From a virus (Duplodnaviria; Heunggongvirae; Uroviricota; Caudoviricetes): a DNA stretch of 16,538 nt. The notes under the pieces are model-generated. The model saw only the letters and a program-made list of their open reading frames with translations. It searched no databases and was not told where the DNA came from. The position numbers were made by a program, and so were the translations under genes. Of the stretch, positions 15,078-16,538 are shown in pieces. Each line of letters starts with the position of its first letter. Position 1 is the first letter of the stretch. Where the stretch lies: the IMG/VR virus record IMGVR_UViG_2541047850_000009; one strand, 5' to 3'.

Positions 15078-16538
15078 TTATTCATCTTTCGGCGCAGAAT
15101 GCTGGCGACCAAAAATCACTTCCATCCGCGCACCGCCCAGCATGCTCTCTCCGGCGACGATTTTACCCTCATATTGCTCGGTGATTTCGCGGGCTACCGC
15201 CAGCCCCACACCTTGCCCAGGGCGTAAAGTATCAACCCGTTGACCACGGTCGAAAATGACCTCTCGCTTGCTTAATGGAATACCGGGGCCATCATCCTCG
15301 ACCACAATATAGAGATGCTCGTCGGTTTGCCTTGCAGAAATTTCGACAAACTCGAGGCAATATTTACAGGCGTTATCCAGCACGTTGCCCATCACTTCGA
15401 CAAAATCATTCTGCTCACCAACAAAGCTGATTTCTGGCGAGATATCGAGAGAGATATTGACCCCTTTGCGTTGATACACTTTGTTCAGCGCCGAGGTGAG
15501 ATTGTCCAACAGTGGCGCGACCGGATGCAGCTCGCGGCTAAGCAATGTCCCGCCGCGCATACTGGCACGATGCAGGTAGTAGCCAATTTGCTGTGAAATG
15601 CGGCTGATTTGCTCCAGCATTACCGGCTCAGCATCACTGACGCTCATCTTCTCACTACGCAGAGAACGCAGCGTACTTTGCAGCACCGCCAGTGGCGTTT
15701 TCAGACTATGGGTCAGGTCGGTGAGCGTTGTACGATATTTGTCGTAACGTTCGCGTTCACTTTTTAACAGTCGGTTCAGGTTTCGTACCAGACTGGTCAG
15801 TTCTCGCGTTGTGGCTGGATTGAGCAATTCACGGTTATGTTCTTCCAGTTCGCGGACTTCTTTTGCCAGGGCTTCGATGGGGCGTAAACTCCACCAGGCG
15901 GCGACCCACAGCAGCGGGATCACTAACAGCAGATTGGCTGAGAGCACATAGATAAACCAGCTCCAGACCATATAGGAACTTTTTAGCTCCACCGGAATGG
16001 TATCCACCACCACAATGGTTAACTTTGGCATCCGCGATGTTGCCGGGTAGACGTTTACCGCCACCGAGTGGGTCATCTCCGCGTCGTCATCATCTTCCCG
16101 CACTTCCTGCAACTGTTGCTGTATCGAATGATCTCCACTCAGCAAGAGGCTGGTATCGTTAACATCCGCTTCAATTTCATGAAAACCATTCGATTTCAGC
16201 CAGTCAGGCTGGATCATCTTCATCAGCCAGGGCACGTCACGTTGCGCCCATAAAAGCTGCCCGTTCTCATCATAAATTAGTGTCATCGTGGGGCTTTGCT
16301 TGTCGATATTTTCGGGTAACTCGACATGCAACTTATTGTTTTCCCACTTCGCAAGGGTATAGAACAGATTGCTCTCGCCACGTAACAGCCGAAACGTGGT
16401 TTTATCGAAACTGACGCTATAACCGATCAGCGCAACCATTCCGTAGGCAAGCGAAAGCACCAATACTACTGCTGCCGTTGCTAACAGAAAACGTACCCGC
16501 AGCGAGAGCGGGAAAAAAAGATGCAGTAATTTTTTCAT
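15078..16538 (-). CDS. phoQ: Sensor histidine kinase PhoQ of the PhoP/PhoQ two-component system
   Basis: 486-aa product recognised as PhoQ: two transmembrane segments, a periplasmic sensor with the acidic patch [10 protein letters not shown], the H-box [12 protein letters not shown], and an ATPase domain with DDGPGIP and GQGVGL. Complete ORF with its start at the window end. Confidence 0.96.
   Translation of the reverse strand: MKKLLHLFFPLSLRVRFLLATAAVVLVLSLAYGMVALIGYSVSFDKTTFRLLRGESNLFYTLAKWENNKLHVELPENIDKQSPTMTLIYDENGQLLWAQRDVPWLMKMIQPDWLKSNGFHEIEADVNDTSLLLSGDHSIQQQLQEVREDDDDAEMTHSVAVNVYPATSRMPKLTIVVVDTIPVELKSSYMVWSWFIYVLSANLLLVIPLLWVAAWWSLRPIEALAKEVRELEEHNRELLNPATTRELTSLVRNLNRLLKSERERYDKYRTTLTDLTHSLKTPLAVLQSTLRSLRSEKMSVSDAEPVMLEQISRISQQIGYYLHRASMRGGTLLSRELHPVAPLLDNLTSALNKVYQRKGVNISLDISPEISFVGEQNDFVEVMGNVLDNACKYCLEFVEISARQTDEHLYIVVEDDGPGIPLSKREVIFDRGQRVDTLRPGQGVGLAVAREITEQYEGKIVAGESMLGGARMEVIFGRQHSAPKDE

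Noticed and set aside
14848-15243. 131-aa plus-strand ORF reaching into phoQ
   Set aside because: Overlaps the phoQ 3' end on the opposite strand. Cys/Phe-rich translation with no start signals.

Overview
The window holds a roughly 15 kb integrated phage-satellite island (1 to about 15.0 kb) lying next to the 3' end of the host sensor-kinase gene phoQ (15078..16538, minus strand; Escherichia-type sequence). All calls come from reading the sequence and the ORF track by eye; no searches or computations were run. From left to right the island carries: a P4-type tyrosine integrase; an AlpA-family regulator; a short leftward two-gene unit with its own terminator; an operator-like divergent control region; two paralogous small proteins; two AT-rich unknown genes; a DUF927/D5-like primase-helicase followed by an iteron-type origin; SSB; and a PerC-like regulator. 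After a terminator comes a complete HK97-type head and packaging module: major capsid protein with N-terminal scaffold domain, prohead protease, portal, head closure protein, gp6-like connector, HNH endonuclease, P27-type TerS and TerL. There are no tail, lysis, repressor or antirepressor genes. The most interesting reading is therefore a satellite that builds and fills its own capsids and would need a helper phage only for tails and induction; this matches what I recall being described as capsid-forming PICIs, which I cannot verify here. Other signals worth a second look: a 10-bp-periodic TTGTTC direct-repeat array found at three intergenic sites, the 9-bp iteron origin, a duplicated small-protein module, a low-GC two-gene cargo cassette, and a 700-bp palindrome-dense non-coding right end. 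The island's left junction lies outside the window, so att sites cannot be defined.
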